Shown: positions 15,511-27,621, counted from the first letter of the stretch. The stretch: DNA of 64,000 nt from the human T2T-CHM13v2.0 reference genome, Homo sapiens (GCF_009914755.1 NC_060939.1), one strand, 5' to 3'. A program made the numbers and translations. The notes: generated from the sequence alone by a model not told the origin.

Positions 15511-15552
<42 letters not shown>

Positions 15553-15556
15553 CATG
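15511..15556. repeat. (TG)18(CG)3 microsatellite
   Basis: Read directly from the sequence. Confidence 0.95.
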
Positions 15557-17864
15557 TCCTTCCAATAAGCAACCAGGCCACTGCTCCAGAGGTTCTGACC
15601 ACTCCTAACCCAGTTTTTATGTTATAAGGGGATCTGGGACCGCTCTACACAAATGACTCCTTGTCTCACAATTCCTCATGGGCCAAGTTTCCTGGTCCAG
15701 GCTGATGGCTGGTCACTTTTACATCCGCCCATAAACTTCCTTTGTTCAACCCTCCTATTGGTCATTGGCTCAGCATTTTGTAATTTACTTTTTTTCATAT
15801 TTATCTGTTAGCAACAAGACACAGTTCAACTTCCTGCAGTCATTACTGTAATTAGCATAAAGCAGCAGCCCCTGACTGTGAGCATGATTCCTGTAGTAGC
15901 CTGTATCCACAGTTCTTTGTCTCTTACAGTGTCAGACTGAGCCCAGGATGGAGTAAGAGCCAGGACTGGCATGCCCTGGAAGTGCCCTTCTGGTTCTAGG
16001 ACTGTGATTTCTCTGAGCTGTCTGTCTGCCCACGACTAAGGATGGCCCCAGAGCCCTGGAGCTCAATGGGATCAACCTTCCTATCCCCTCCCTCCTGCCT
16101 CGAGGGTACTTTGAGCAGGAAAGGGGCACCTTGGAGTTGCCGGGGGATGAACGTCTTTGTGTTTTTGTTTTTTTTAAGGTGACTCCCTGCATTTTATTTC
16201 TTTCATCTTGTGAGCTCTTTGGAAGTCTTTGTGTTAACTGGAAATAAAATTATCTTTATTTTTAAGCTATGTTTTTAGCTTATCTAATCATGACCCCATG
16301 GGCTGAGTAATGTTACTAGATAGCAAGGTGTGGAGGATGCAGATGACCTGGTTCAAGCTGTGGTTCTGCTACCTGCTTGTTGTATGACTAGGCACATCTG
16401 TTAACTTCTCTGAGGCTCAGTTTCCATACCTGTAAAATGGGGGCAATAATATCTGCTTGTATCCATTAAGTCATTCAACATGTACTGAATGTTTTATGTG
16501 TATTTTGCCTATATTAATCATGTACTGGGTCCAGCACTGACCCCCTGGAGTTCACATGTAGGCAGAAGTAAATCAAGAGGCAGTTACCGTGCTGGGAGAT
16601 TATGTACTGTTAGTTTTGAGAACCTTGGTCTAGCCTTCCAACCTACCTTCCAACCTGGAAATTTGGGAGGTGTGGGAAACGGGTGACCTCAGGAGACTGA
16701 TAGGACTCCGCGTGTTTGAGAAAGAACTGGCTTTTGGTCTAGGTAGGAGGTAGAGAGCACTTTCCGTGAAGGTGTTGAGGTTTAGGCAAGGTTGTGAATT
16801 ATAGAACAGGAGCTCTGGAAGGTATCGTGGGAGAGGCTCAGAGAAAGCATGGGTGGCTGGGGGATTGGGGGAGGATAGAGAGAGCCTGTGAGGATGTCTT
16901 TCTGGCAGTGTCTAAGGTCACGTGACAAGCAGAGCTCGATGGGCTCAGTGGGCCACGGCACTTCCCAAGCCGCTGATTCCAGTTTCACAGTGGGCACAGG
17001 AGTGCAGATTAGGGCTAAGTTGGGGGGACAGGATGCACAGCGTGTTGGCTCAGGATCTCTGGGAGGTGGCACCTGTGACCTGGGCTAATCATGCTACTTT
17101 CAGAGTCAAGCAGCAAGCCAATGGGTAGGGAAAGACCAGCCTCTCTGAACTGGGTCCCACGTGGAGATAGTGAATACAGGGCACCGGTGAGCATTCCAGA
17201 TGACTCCAAAGCCCCGGCTGGAGTATCCAGGTTCCAACTGTATCTCCTTACAGAGACCTGCAGCTCTGTGTGTCCAGAGGGGTTCATGCTGGGCAACTGT
17301 GGTGGTGAAGGTCAGGTGTCCTCAAGCTGACCACAAGTCACAGCTTGTTGTCTTTCTTGTCAGAGGGACTCTGGGTGCAGCTGCTGGCCACTGGGCTCAT
17401 TCAAGGGCGTTAGTGCCAAATTCCTTCTCCCTGGCCTTCCTCACGTTGATCTGTGTACAAATGGAGCTGCAGGGGAAAGGTGGATTTCCAAAAGGAGTGA
17501 CAGTGAGGAAGAGACCGAGATAGAAAGAACCTGTTGCAAACATTTCCCATCTTTTGTCATTCAAATGGATACTGTTTTAAGTATCACCTGTTCTGGTCAT
17601 AAAAGACAAGAATGTGTTTGTAGAAGCTTCTAGGATGCCTGGCATACACCATGCAGGAAGCACCCTTCCAAGTCGGCTGGCCTGCTTTTGTTTTGCAAAA
17701 TCTGGTTTGAAAATTTTGCACTTTCCATATTTAGCAACATTTCAGTGGGTGTGAATTTATATTGCTACAGCCATGGCTAAAAGTAATTCACTCTTTGATC
17801 TATGTTGCCTATGTGTTACTATACAGACAGGACTTCAGGTTTCTGGAGCTTTGGTTTAAAATAA

Positions 17865-17868
<4 letters not shown>

Positions 17869-17932
<64 letters not shown>
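17869..17932. repeat. (TG)32 microsatellite
   Basis: Read directly; uninterrupted 64 bp. Confidence 0.95.
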
Positions 17933-17939
<7 letters not shown>

Positions 17940-18324
17940 AACAGACAGACTCTAGGGCATTGCTAGTTCCAATTGGTGGGACTTGCTTGTGACCTGTTTG
18001 GTCCAAAAGTTGGTCAAAACTGTAGATTTGCAAATCAGCAGGATTCACTCCCGGCTCTCATTTTGATGTTTCAAATGAGTGCATGTTGTGCATTTGAATT
18101 AGATCGGAATGAGTTTTGGGGGTCTCACTGAGACACTCATACATGTCAGGATTTGCCACTTTGGAAGCTGGAGGCAGTTAATATGTCCATTAACCCAGGG
18201 TATCAAAGTGGCAGCTCATGAGTCAGATGTGGCCTGCAGTTGTTTTGTTCAGCCCATGCAGTCTTTTAAAAATCTGGAAAATTCACATTAAAATCCAGAT
18301 ATTCCAGGTATCTCTTAAGGCTTA

Positions 18325-18767
18325 ACTTTCTCAAAACTCAGTGATTTTAAAGAACAGTGACATTTATCTGTTTCTCAAATCTGTGATGTGGACAGAGCCA
18401 ACTTGTCTCTGTTCTGCATCAGTTGAGAGGCTGGGGCTGGAAGCATCTGAGGCTCACTCACTCACATGCCTGGCAGCTGATGCTGGCTCTCAACCGAAAC
18501 CTCCCCAGGGGCTACAGTGGCCTTTCCGTGTGGCTTTCTCACAGCATGTTGGCTGTGTTCCAATGGTGAAAGTCCACAGAGAGAGAGAGAGACCCCAGTG
18601 GAAGGCACATCATTTTTCTAAACGACTCTTGGAAGTTACACTTCTGCTCCATTCTGGTGATTAGAAGTCAGTCATTAAAGTTAGTCCATATGCACAGACA
18701 GGGGAATTAGACCCCACTTTTTTATGGAAGGACTATCAAAGAATGCAGACACGTTTTAAAACCAACA
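18325..18767 (-). mobile_element. MLT1F/H-like LTR, apparently nested in a hAT (MER102-like) element
   Basis: aaaactcagtgattttaa...cactcacatgcctggcagctgatgctggct...ggggaattagaccccac...ttttaaaaccaaca. Confidence 0.7.
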
Positions 18768-19091
18768 TGCCAATCTCTCACTTCTCTTGGGAAATTCGGG
18801 GACCCAGCAAGATGTGGCCTGAGCAGTGGCTGCCCCTGTAGACAGGGCATGGGCCCTCCAGTTTGCTGGGTCCCCTCCACCCACCGAGATATTGCACCCA
18901 ACCCCTGTAGGCATTTCAGCTTGGGTCTGCCACTCTAGGCTTTCCATATCTGAGGGTTCAGACTCACTTTTCAGCTCCTTCAATTTACAAGGAATTCTCA
19001 TTTTTGAAACGTAAGAACTCAGAATTTACTCAGAAGTAAATTTTTTTCCTCCAAAGGAATCAGGTTATATCCAAACAGGTGATTTTTCTGA

Positions 19092-19541
<450 letters not shown>

Positions 19542-19758
19542 TTCTTCAGCATTATTGATAATTGGGGCTGGATGACTTTTTGTTTTGGCGGGCTATTCTG
19601 TGCATTGTAGGGTGTTTAGTGGCACCCTTGGCCTTCATCCACTAGGTGCCAATAGCACCCCCACCTCCCAGTTGTCTCCCAAAATGTCTCCAGACATGGC
19701 AATATGTCCTGAGGGGGTTGGAAAAAGGGTAAAATCACCCCCAGTTGAAAGCCACTGA
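19542..19758 (-). mobile_element. MER20 (hAT-Charlie)
   Basis: tgtgcattgtagggtgtttag...aaaatgtctccagacat...aaaatcacccccagttgaaagccactg. Confidence 0.88.
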
Positions 19759-19759
19759 T

Positions 19760-20590
19760 TTCTCTATGTATTCTGGATAGGAACCCTTTGTCAGTTAAAT
19801 ATTTTGCAAATATCTCCTCCCACTCTGCAGCATGCCTTTTCAGGCTCTTAAAGGTGTTTTTGATGAACAGAAGTTCTTAGTGTAGTCCAGTTACCAATCT
19901 TTTTTAAAATTGTTAGTCCTTTTTTATTTCTGTTTTACACATCTTTGCCTGTCCTACCTTTTCTTCTGGAAACTTTATTTTTGTCTTTCACACTCAGAGC
20001 TACCATCTACATTGGGATTGACTTTTTGCATGGCCAAAAGTAGAGTCAGGCTTCATTTTTAAAATATGGCTATTCAATTGACTCAGCAACTTTTATTGAA
20101 AACATTACTCTTTCCTTATTGCCCTGGGGAGCCACAGCTGTCATAAATCAAATGTCTATAATCCGTGTGGCTGTCTTTTATTCTGTTTCATTGGTCCATT
20201 TATGTATCCTTGTAACAATACTACGCTGTCTTAAAGACTTAGCTTTAGCATATGTCTTGAAATCCAGGAGATTAAGGCCTCCCACTTTGTTCTTTGAGAT
20301 TGTCTTTACTGTTCTTGGCCCTTAGCAGTTTCACACAACTTCTAGAATCACCTTGTCAGTTTCCATTAAGGGAAACATAGTGGCGTTTTGTTTGGGATTC
20401 TCCCTATCAGTTTGGAAAAAAAACCAAATATTTACAATATTGAGTCTTCCAATTCATGAAGATAGGATCTATCCATTATTTAGGCCTTTGAAAATTTGTC
20501 TCTTTCTCAAAAAAATATTTTTTTGCTTTAAAAAAAAGAGCATGTGGCAGCTTCTTATATTACTCAAGTGTTGTTATTTTTCAAAATAGG
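19760..20590 (-). mobile_element. Old L1 (L1M) fragment
   Basis: tattctggata...cctttgtcag...ttttgcaaatat...tttgatgaacagaagttctta...tttacaatattgagtcttccaattcatgaa: antisense L1 ORF2 remnant. Confidence 0.8.
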
Positions 20591-23500
20591 GATTGTTTGC
20601 ATTTTTAGGAGATTATGTTTCTTGGACTAAAAACTATTCTGAGTCCTCATTGCAGAGAGAGAGAGAGAGAGAGAGAAAGAGACAGAGAGCAAGAGAGCAT
20701 GCAGCCAAATTTCTTAGCTTGGCATTCAGTGGGTTTAGCAAGCTAGCTCCAGCCCGCCTCCTGCCCTCCTTCTTCCTATCTTATATATCTTTTCTTTTGG
20801 CCCTATGAAGCTACTCCAAGTTCCCCCAATTCACCATGCTTTTGCTCCTACTGTCCTCTCTGCCTGGAATGTCAGGAAGGGCTTCATGGAGAATGTAGTA
20901 CCATCGCTGAGTTCCAAAGTAGGAATTTCTAGGCAGAAACAAGGGAATACCCATGGGCCACCAATGCCTAACCAGGCCCAAGACAGGGTAGGAGCTCAAT
21001 CAGTATCTGCCCACCTGGGATATTTGTCAGGTCCCGGGTCTGGGTGATAGGCAGGGGCCCCGCATGGCCACCCTTCAGCCTGCAGGGGCAGCCAATCTCT
21101 GCTTTTCTGGCTCAAAGAAGGAAGCAGTTTGTCTCAAACATGTGGAATCTACCAGCCTGTCTTTCCGTAGTCTGCATCCACGGGGTGCCCACAAAGTCTG
21201 GAAACAGATATTATTTTGTTCATTACAGATTGGAAATGTCCTTGAGGACATTGTGTATGTTCACCTGTGTGTCCAGGGTTGGTGGGCACCTGGGATTTCT
21301 TAGGGGTTTCCTCTTTCTTAGGGACCTTGCAGGCTGGTGCTATGATCATCCACAGTCTCCCTTCTCCCACGGTCTGTTTCTCTCTGCCTCACTGTTGCCA
21401 CAGACAGTCTGGACAGATTACAGCTTTGCCCCAACTTGAACCATGGATTTTTCTTTTCAAAATAAAACATAATAAAATTTTGGTGAAAATGGAAATATCT
21501 ACATGTTTATTTTTAAGTGTTTTTTTTTTAAATGTTAAGTTTTTTGGTTGGTTGGGAAACATCAAAATAGGTCATGTGTAACTTGGTTTGCTCATAAAAA
21601 AAAGTGGCTCATACTTGGTATATTTAGAGATGAGACGGAAGTGATTTTTTTTTTTTTTTTGTATTCAGTTTTTCTCTATTTTTCTTTTTAAACCAAAAAG
21701 TGCTTGGAAAATTTCTCCACCCTATCCACTGTTAGTGCATTTTCCTGGCCTTAAAATTCTGGTAAAGCCTTCTGTTGCCCAAACTGAAGAGTTAAGTGTG
21801 CTGAGCTTGGCTTGACCTTCAGTTCTGCTTCTCTAAGAGCGAAAAGGCATCTTTTTCAGGACTGGTGCTATTAATGGGCTGAGGAGGACAGTGTTCCGAA
21901 GGGCAGAAAAATGCCTTCCTCTGTGAGAAATTAAGGCAGTGATTTCAAACAAATTGTTTCGCCAGTGTCTGGCATCCCTGCGGGTTGTCTCTGGTTTTCG
22001 TCCACTTGTACCAAATGCATTCATGAACATGGCAGACATTTTGCTGAAGGTCTCACAGGGAAGGACGGCTTGGAGACACACATTCCGTAAAAAACAGCTT
22101 GAAAACCTTCCTCAAACGTTTTTGTTTTCCATAGTTCCTTTTTCCATAGCGTCCAATCCTATGAGTTCTTTTGTTTTTCCTTTTCCTCCTGGATTTTCTG
22201 CCTCCTTACCTCCTGGGTTTTCTGCCAGCCTTACCCTCTACCTCCATCACATCCAAAGGCCTCCTGCTTATTATGCAGAGAAATTTGGTCTGGTGTCAGC
22301 TTCCACGCCCAGATTTTAATTTTTTTATCCAACAGGGCATTCAGCAAATGAAGACCCTGCAGTTACCAGGACCAGAGCAGTAGGAAGTTATAAGTGATAT
22401 TTTGCAGCAAGGCAGAATAATGTGATAGGATTGTAAGGGCTAAGCAGTGGAGTCCTAGAAGATGTCCTGAGCCCCTGGCTGCCTTGAGTTCTAGTTTGGA
22501 AACGTTATTTCTAATTTCTCCCCAGTCCCTAGCTCCCAGCTACCAGAGCTGGCCCCAGAACCACTCTCCCCTTCACTGGGAACAGACCCACATCCAACAT
22601 CCCTATTCTATCGGCAATCATCTGCTGACTGTGGTCTAAGGGATGTGTCTGGCCCCCAGCACAGGCCCTGAGGCCAAGGAGAAGATGAGGTTGCTAAAAC
22701 TCCAGGGCACTACCAGGCCCTCCTCAGTTATCTGTGGTTGCTCAGAATGATTTGCTTCATAAGCACTCCGAGACGCACAGATGGGGGAGAGTGATGTCAT
22801 ACCAGATTCCATGCTTGATAGACAGACAGATGGATATGCAAATGGAATGAACGAGAGAGATGGGAGGGGTGTAAATGATGGGTGGTGGAGTCTAGAATCA
22901 GGTAAGCAGAGGGTTTCCCAGGCTCCTTTGGAAGAGGAGTTCAAAATGACAAGACGCAAAGAACACCATTCTTTATGGCAACCTGGTACAGAACACAGGC
23001 ACCAGCTCATGTCTGTCCTCACAACACCCTTGAGAGGTCACTGGAGCTTAGGAAACCAAGGGTTGCCCAGAAACATACAGTCAAAACTCAGATTCTAATG
23101 CCAGAGTTCCAGCCACTTCACCAGACTGCCTCCAAGAAGTTGCCACTGGTTGGCTGGAAGTCTTGTTCCAAATACTATCTGATGATATTTTCCTTCTTCC
23201 CCATCTGCCTTCCTTCAAGAGGAAGTAAACAGATATTCTAGAGCATCTGAACCAAGCATCTTTGCATTTATTTGGGGACATTATTAGTGTCATTTCTTTT
23301 CATTCAAGATGCCAGCTGTTGGGGGCAAAGTTGCCCCGCTGAGCTCATGGTATAGACATGGGCAGTTGCTAAAGTAATCCCTCCCCACCTGGAGGTTTCA
23401 CCTTGCATCCCAAATACCACCCCTGCACAGACTGGGGTCTCTCATTGCTTTCCTCTGTGCCCTCCACTGGCCACACCAACTTCCTTGTTTACCCATCTTA

Positions 23501-23654
23501 GGTGAGAACACCCTTTCTCCCATGGACTCCTACCAATGCATTTCCCACTCTGCCCCTCTGGCTGTCCCAGGTGTGCTGTATGCAACAGCCCCCCCAGGTC
23601 TCTATGCTGCTGTTCCCTGCCCCAGACTCTCTGCTTGTCCAGACCCTGACCTGC

Positions 23655-24029
23655 GATGTGGAAGTGTGATAGAGGAGAGGGAATTCCAGGCAGAGTAGGA
23701 GCGGAGATGACCCATCCACATGCGTTCCACTCGCAGGGAGCGGAGGGTGGGGACGAGTCATTCATAGGGACTCCACACCCAGCTGGCTGGAGCAACGGGT
23801 CTTGCAGGTGAGCCCAGCCTGTCAGGACCCTCCTTCCTGGCAGGGACCCTGCTGGCCCGTGGGTGATGCCTTTCTCCTTGGCACTGCCTCCAGAACTGTG
23901 GCGAGGCAGCCGTTTTCAAATGTTTGTTTGGGTTTTCTGGAAGCTCTTTGAAGTTGGAATGAAAAATCTGCCTAGTGGTTCTGAAATGGCCTCTCTGGCT
24001 CAGCAGGCCTGGGTCCTGCATCATTCCCT
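23655..24029 (+). repeat. Local direct duplication A, copy 1 (~375 bp)
   Basis: About 92% identical to 25762-26137 (about 31 differences by hand count). Confidence 0.95.
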
Positions 24030-24831
24030 TGGTTCAAGGCTGAGTGCAATGCCACCACCCATTGCTGCCCAAATATGATGGTTGGATTGAAATTCCCAGA
24101 TATGTCATCAGGCCCCTTTAAGAAGTTCTCTTTCCTCTATGTTGTTCTACGCGCCTCATCCACCTCACTAGTCAGGAGGTCCTTGATGATAAAACCCCCC
24201 GTGTGATTTGTCTTTGTATTCCCAAGACCTATCCCAATGCCCTATACTCAGTGGCAACCACTATTGACACAGCTCTTTAAAATTCATAGAGTACTTCCAT
24301 GTTCTCTCTTCAGAAGTATAAGGAAGGCATTCCCATTTTGCAGACGAGCACACTGAGGTTCAGACAGGTTGGGCAACTTGCTTTCAGTGACTCAGCTAGG
24401 ACGGGGCAGACTGAGTATTTGACCCTGTGTGGCTCCAAAATCTGTGCTCCCCGGCTTCTGCCCTGCTTTCCCTGGACAGCCAAAGCGCTCCGTGCATGTT
24501 TGGTGCTGAGGTATTAGGGGGTTTAAGTCACAGGGTGTCCAGCACTCAGGAGCTGAGGCCACCCGCAGGCGTCTTGGTTGGCAGCTGAGCCCTCTGAGGT
24601 AACAGGAAATAGAGGCAGCGGGACTCAGGCTGGGGTTGAGGTGTTCGGGGTAGCAGGAGAGGAGGAGAAGCTGCTGAAGTGGTGGCAGCCACACTCAGTG
24701 AAGTAAGAGGCGCCCCTGCCCAGCGGCCTGAAAGCCACTTCTCCTCAGCCAGCAGGAATCGCATTCCATAGCACAGGAAGCCTCTGTTCAGAGGAGGTCC
24801 AGTCAGGAGTGAAGGCTGTGGAGTCAAGGCC

Positions 24832-24836
<5 letters not shown>

Positions 24837-24878
<42 letters not shown>
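24837..24878. repeat. (TG)21 microsatellite
   Basis: Read directly from the sequence. Confidence 0.95.
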
Positions 24879-24881
<3 letters not shown>

Positions 24882-25761
24882 AATTTGTGGCTTCAACAGA
24901 GGCCAGACTTAAGAATGAATGAAAGAGACAAACAAGGGCAGCTTGTCCCAAGTGGGGGAGGGAGAAGTGTGGACACCAGCTTCTGAGGGAGTCAAGTGCA
25001 AAGTCCTGGGCTCCCTGCAAACCGGGCCCTGCAGGAGGGCCAGCACCCGCAGCAGCAGCAGCGAAGCCGGCCAGACCTCCTGGCCTTCCTCACAGCAGAA
25101 GGGTGGGCCTTCAGCAACGGGGCCCTGTGCAGTGGGAAAAGGCAACACTGTGCTTGCCTTTGTGGCTAACAGGGGCTGTGCTGCAAATGCTTCAGGAGAG
25201 CCCCTGCAGGCTGAGAGGGACATTAGAAAGTTCCATCCTCTTCATCTGCCCACCTCCCTTGGACTGTGGGCTGTGGGCTGCATGGGGCACAGGCACAGGG
25301 CTGGATGTGTGGGGCAATTCACCCTCCCAGGTGGTCATTCCTTCTGGCTTTTTATTTGTCCAATATTCCTTCAGTCTCGATTATGTCCCAGGCAAAGTGC
25401 TAGACACGCCACACACATTTTCTTCCCTTGCCCTCACAACAACCCTAGCAGGTTGGCACTATCCACCGCATTTTATAGCTGAGGACACAGAACTGTAAAA
25501 ATGAAGAAGTGACAAGTCCAAGGCCACCCAGCTGGGAAAGGTGGGGTGGGACTTGAAGCTGCTGAGTCTTTTTGAATCTCCTCCTCTAAGGGGCCCCCCA
25601 GGCCAGCAGGGAAGAGAAAGTCATAAGCACCCAATTCTGGTAGAAGGCAGAAAGTGGAAAGGGGGGTGTCTAAGTCCCAAGGTGCTTCCTAGGGGCTCGG
25701 AGGGTGGCCCCAGAAGACCCCGGGGGATCAGTGTTCTCCAGGAGTCTTGAAGGGCAAGTGT

Positions 25762-26137
25762 GATGTGGAAGTGTGATAGAGGAGAGGGAATTCCACACAG
25801 AGTAGGAGCAGAGATGACCCATCCACTCGCGTTCCACTCACGGGGCATGGAGGGTGGGGACGAGTCATTCATGGGGACTCCACACCCAGTTGGCTGGAGC
25901 AGCAGGTCTTGCAAGTCAGCCCAGCCTGTCAGGACCCTCCTTCCTGGCAGGGACCCCGGCTGGCCCACGGGTAATGCCTTTCTCCTTGGCGCTGCCTCCA
26001 GAACTGTGGCGAGGCAGCCGTTTTTAAATGTTTGTTTGGGTTTTCTGGAAGCTCCTTGAAGTTGGAATGAAAAATCTGCCTGGTGGTTCTGAAATGGCCT
26101 CTCCGGCTCAGTGGGCCTGGCTCCTACAGCATTCCCT
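25762..26137 (+). repeat. Local direct duplication A, copy 2
   Basis: gatgtggaagtgtgatagaggagagggaattcc...cattccct, colinear with 23655-24029. Confidence 0.95.
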
Positions 26138-26679
26138 GAAGAAGTAAACAGGCCCGTGCACGGGGAAACTGCAGGGGCCACACTGCTGGACTGCTGGGTG
26201 TCCCTGGCCCGAGGCGTGGGAGGCCGGCCCTGGGCCCTGCAGCGCCCGAGTGTTTGCCCAGTTGCCCTGGACACACCAGCCTGGGGTGCAGGGACCACTG
26301 CCGCCTGAGAGGGAGTCCTAGGGGGTCCAGGACAGGAAGCCAGCGGTGTTTTATGTTACATTAGGAACACCAGCAGGCTTTCTGGAGTGGACTGAGCCTT
26401 GTGGTCAAGAAATAGGCAGGCTTGGAGGCTGTCGGGCTTCCCACCATGCAGCCACCATGCCTCACCTTCATTAGCTGACAAAGCAGTTCTCTGTCCTCAC
26501 TGGCCACAAGGGGAGGAGGACACAGCTTTTGGAAACCTCCAGGCTGCTATCCTGGAACCTGGAGCCACGGCCAGGGACAGCTTGAGCGTCCCCTCCCCTC
26601 TCATCTTGTCCTCTGAGGGGTAGGCTGTGCCCCAGCTGAACGGGGCAGCTGTGGCTTTGCCAGCTGATGGCTGCCATGT

Positions 26680-26850
26680 GGGAATTTGGACCTGGGTTGC
26701 CAGATCTTCAGATTTTCCAGCAAAGCTGGAAATCCAGATGTTTGTATGAAACTTCCCCAATTTAAAAAATGTTTAAAAACACTATGCAGGACGACCTATA
26801 CACATCTGCAGGCCAGACTCGGTCCCTAGGCAGCCAGTTAGTGACCTCTA
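26680..26850. mobile_element. hAT-Charlie (MER102-like) fragment; related copies at ~59728-60070 and ~18195-18320
   Basis: gttgccagatcttcagattttcc...ggaaatccagatgtttgtatgaaac...cacatctgcaggccaga...gtgacctct. Confidence 0.5.
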
Positions 26851-27347
26851 CTCTCTGCCTTCAGACACCCAGGGCCACCTAAACAAAGGGCCCCCATGAC
26901 AGTGATGGGTTGGGGGTGGAGAAAATGCTCTAGGAGAGACCCTGGAGTCCACAGGCAAGAAGGGCATGGGATCATCCTTTCCCTGCTCCTCCTAAAGGGC
27001 AGGCACTGCTCCACTTCTTGGTTCCCGTCCACTCTGTTGGTACAGACATGGGGGAAGCGGGCGAGGGATATGACTTCTAGAATTTGGACCTTGTTTCTCT
27101 CTCAGGCACTTCCACTTGCCCTTAACCTGATCTCCTGCTGGTTCAGTCCACCTGGTATGTTTATCAGGAGGCTCTTTCTTTTTTCTTCCTTCTCTTCTCT
27201 GTCCATGGCTTTCCCTCTTACAGGTCCTTGGTAGCTGCCGGAGCCCTCCCTCCAGGGGGTGTTGGCCAATGACAAGGCTGGGAGGCCAGGGCCGACCAAT
27301 CAGAGCAGTTGGCCGTATTGCTGGGAATTAATAGCAACATTGCATAT

Positions 27348-27555
27348 GGGGAAAGCATGAGATTTGGGATCACACAGACCTAGATTCAACGCCTTCCCTA
27401 ACTGGCCAAAAGACCTTGAGACAGCTGCACAAATTTCCTGCAACTCTGTTCCTCATCTGTAAATGGTGATACTAATTCCTGGCGGGGATTACATACAAAG
27501 ATGCATGGAAAATGCCTAGCACAGTGCCTGGGATATATTAAGAGCTCATCCATAG
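27348..27555 (+). mobile_element. MIR SINE whose 3' tail forms one arm of mir-549a
   Basis: MIR core (ctctgttcctcatctgtaaatgg) and 3' end (aatgcctagcacagtgcctgggatatattaagagctca). Confidence 0.75.
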
Positions 27556-27621
27556 TTGTCACTGATTTGAGACAGTGACAACTATGGATGAGCTCTCAAT
27601 ATATTCTTGAGTTGCATGTCT
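27526..27621 (-). ncRNA. MIR549A: microRNA precursor mir-549a
   Basis: Perfect 24-bp inverted repeat (27541-27564 / 27573-27596) with an 8-nt loop and further flanking pairing. Contains UGACAACUAUGGAUGAGCUCU, the mature miR-549a as I recall it; the 96-nt reverse complement matches the recalled precursor. Confidence 0.92.

Noticed and set aside
21440-21720. AT-rich stretch with an ETS-like CGGAAGTG and poly-T, considered as a retrocopy 3'UTR
   Set aside because: No TSD, no correctly placed polyadenylation signal and no recognisable parent gene.
24919-25482. 187-aa plus-strand ORF
   Set aside because: No recognisable homology, low-complexity composition, and the 3' part runs into a MIR.
23655-26137. 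Duplication A read as the paired LTRs of a small retroelement
   Set aside because: No CA terminus, primer-binding site, polypurine tract or clean TSD; the interior holds ordinary MIRs and a microsatellite.
25621-26298. 225-aa minus-strand ORF, the longest in the track, sharing peptide with ORF 23442-23795
   Set aside because: The shared peptide simply reflects DNA duplication A. The paralogous copy does not keep the frame over the same length, there is no recognisable domain, and GC-rich sequence gives long ORFs by chance.
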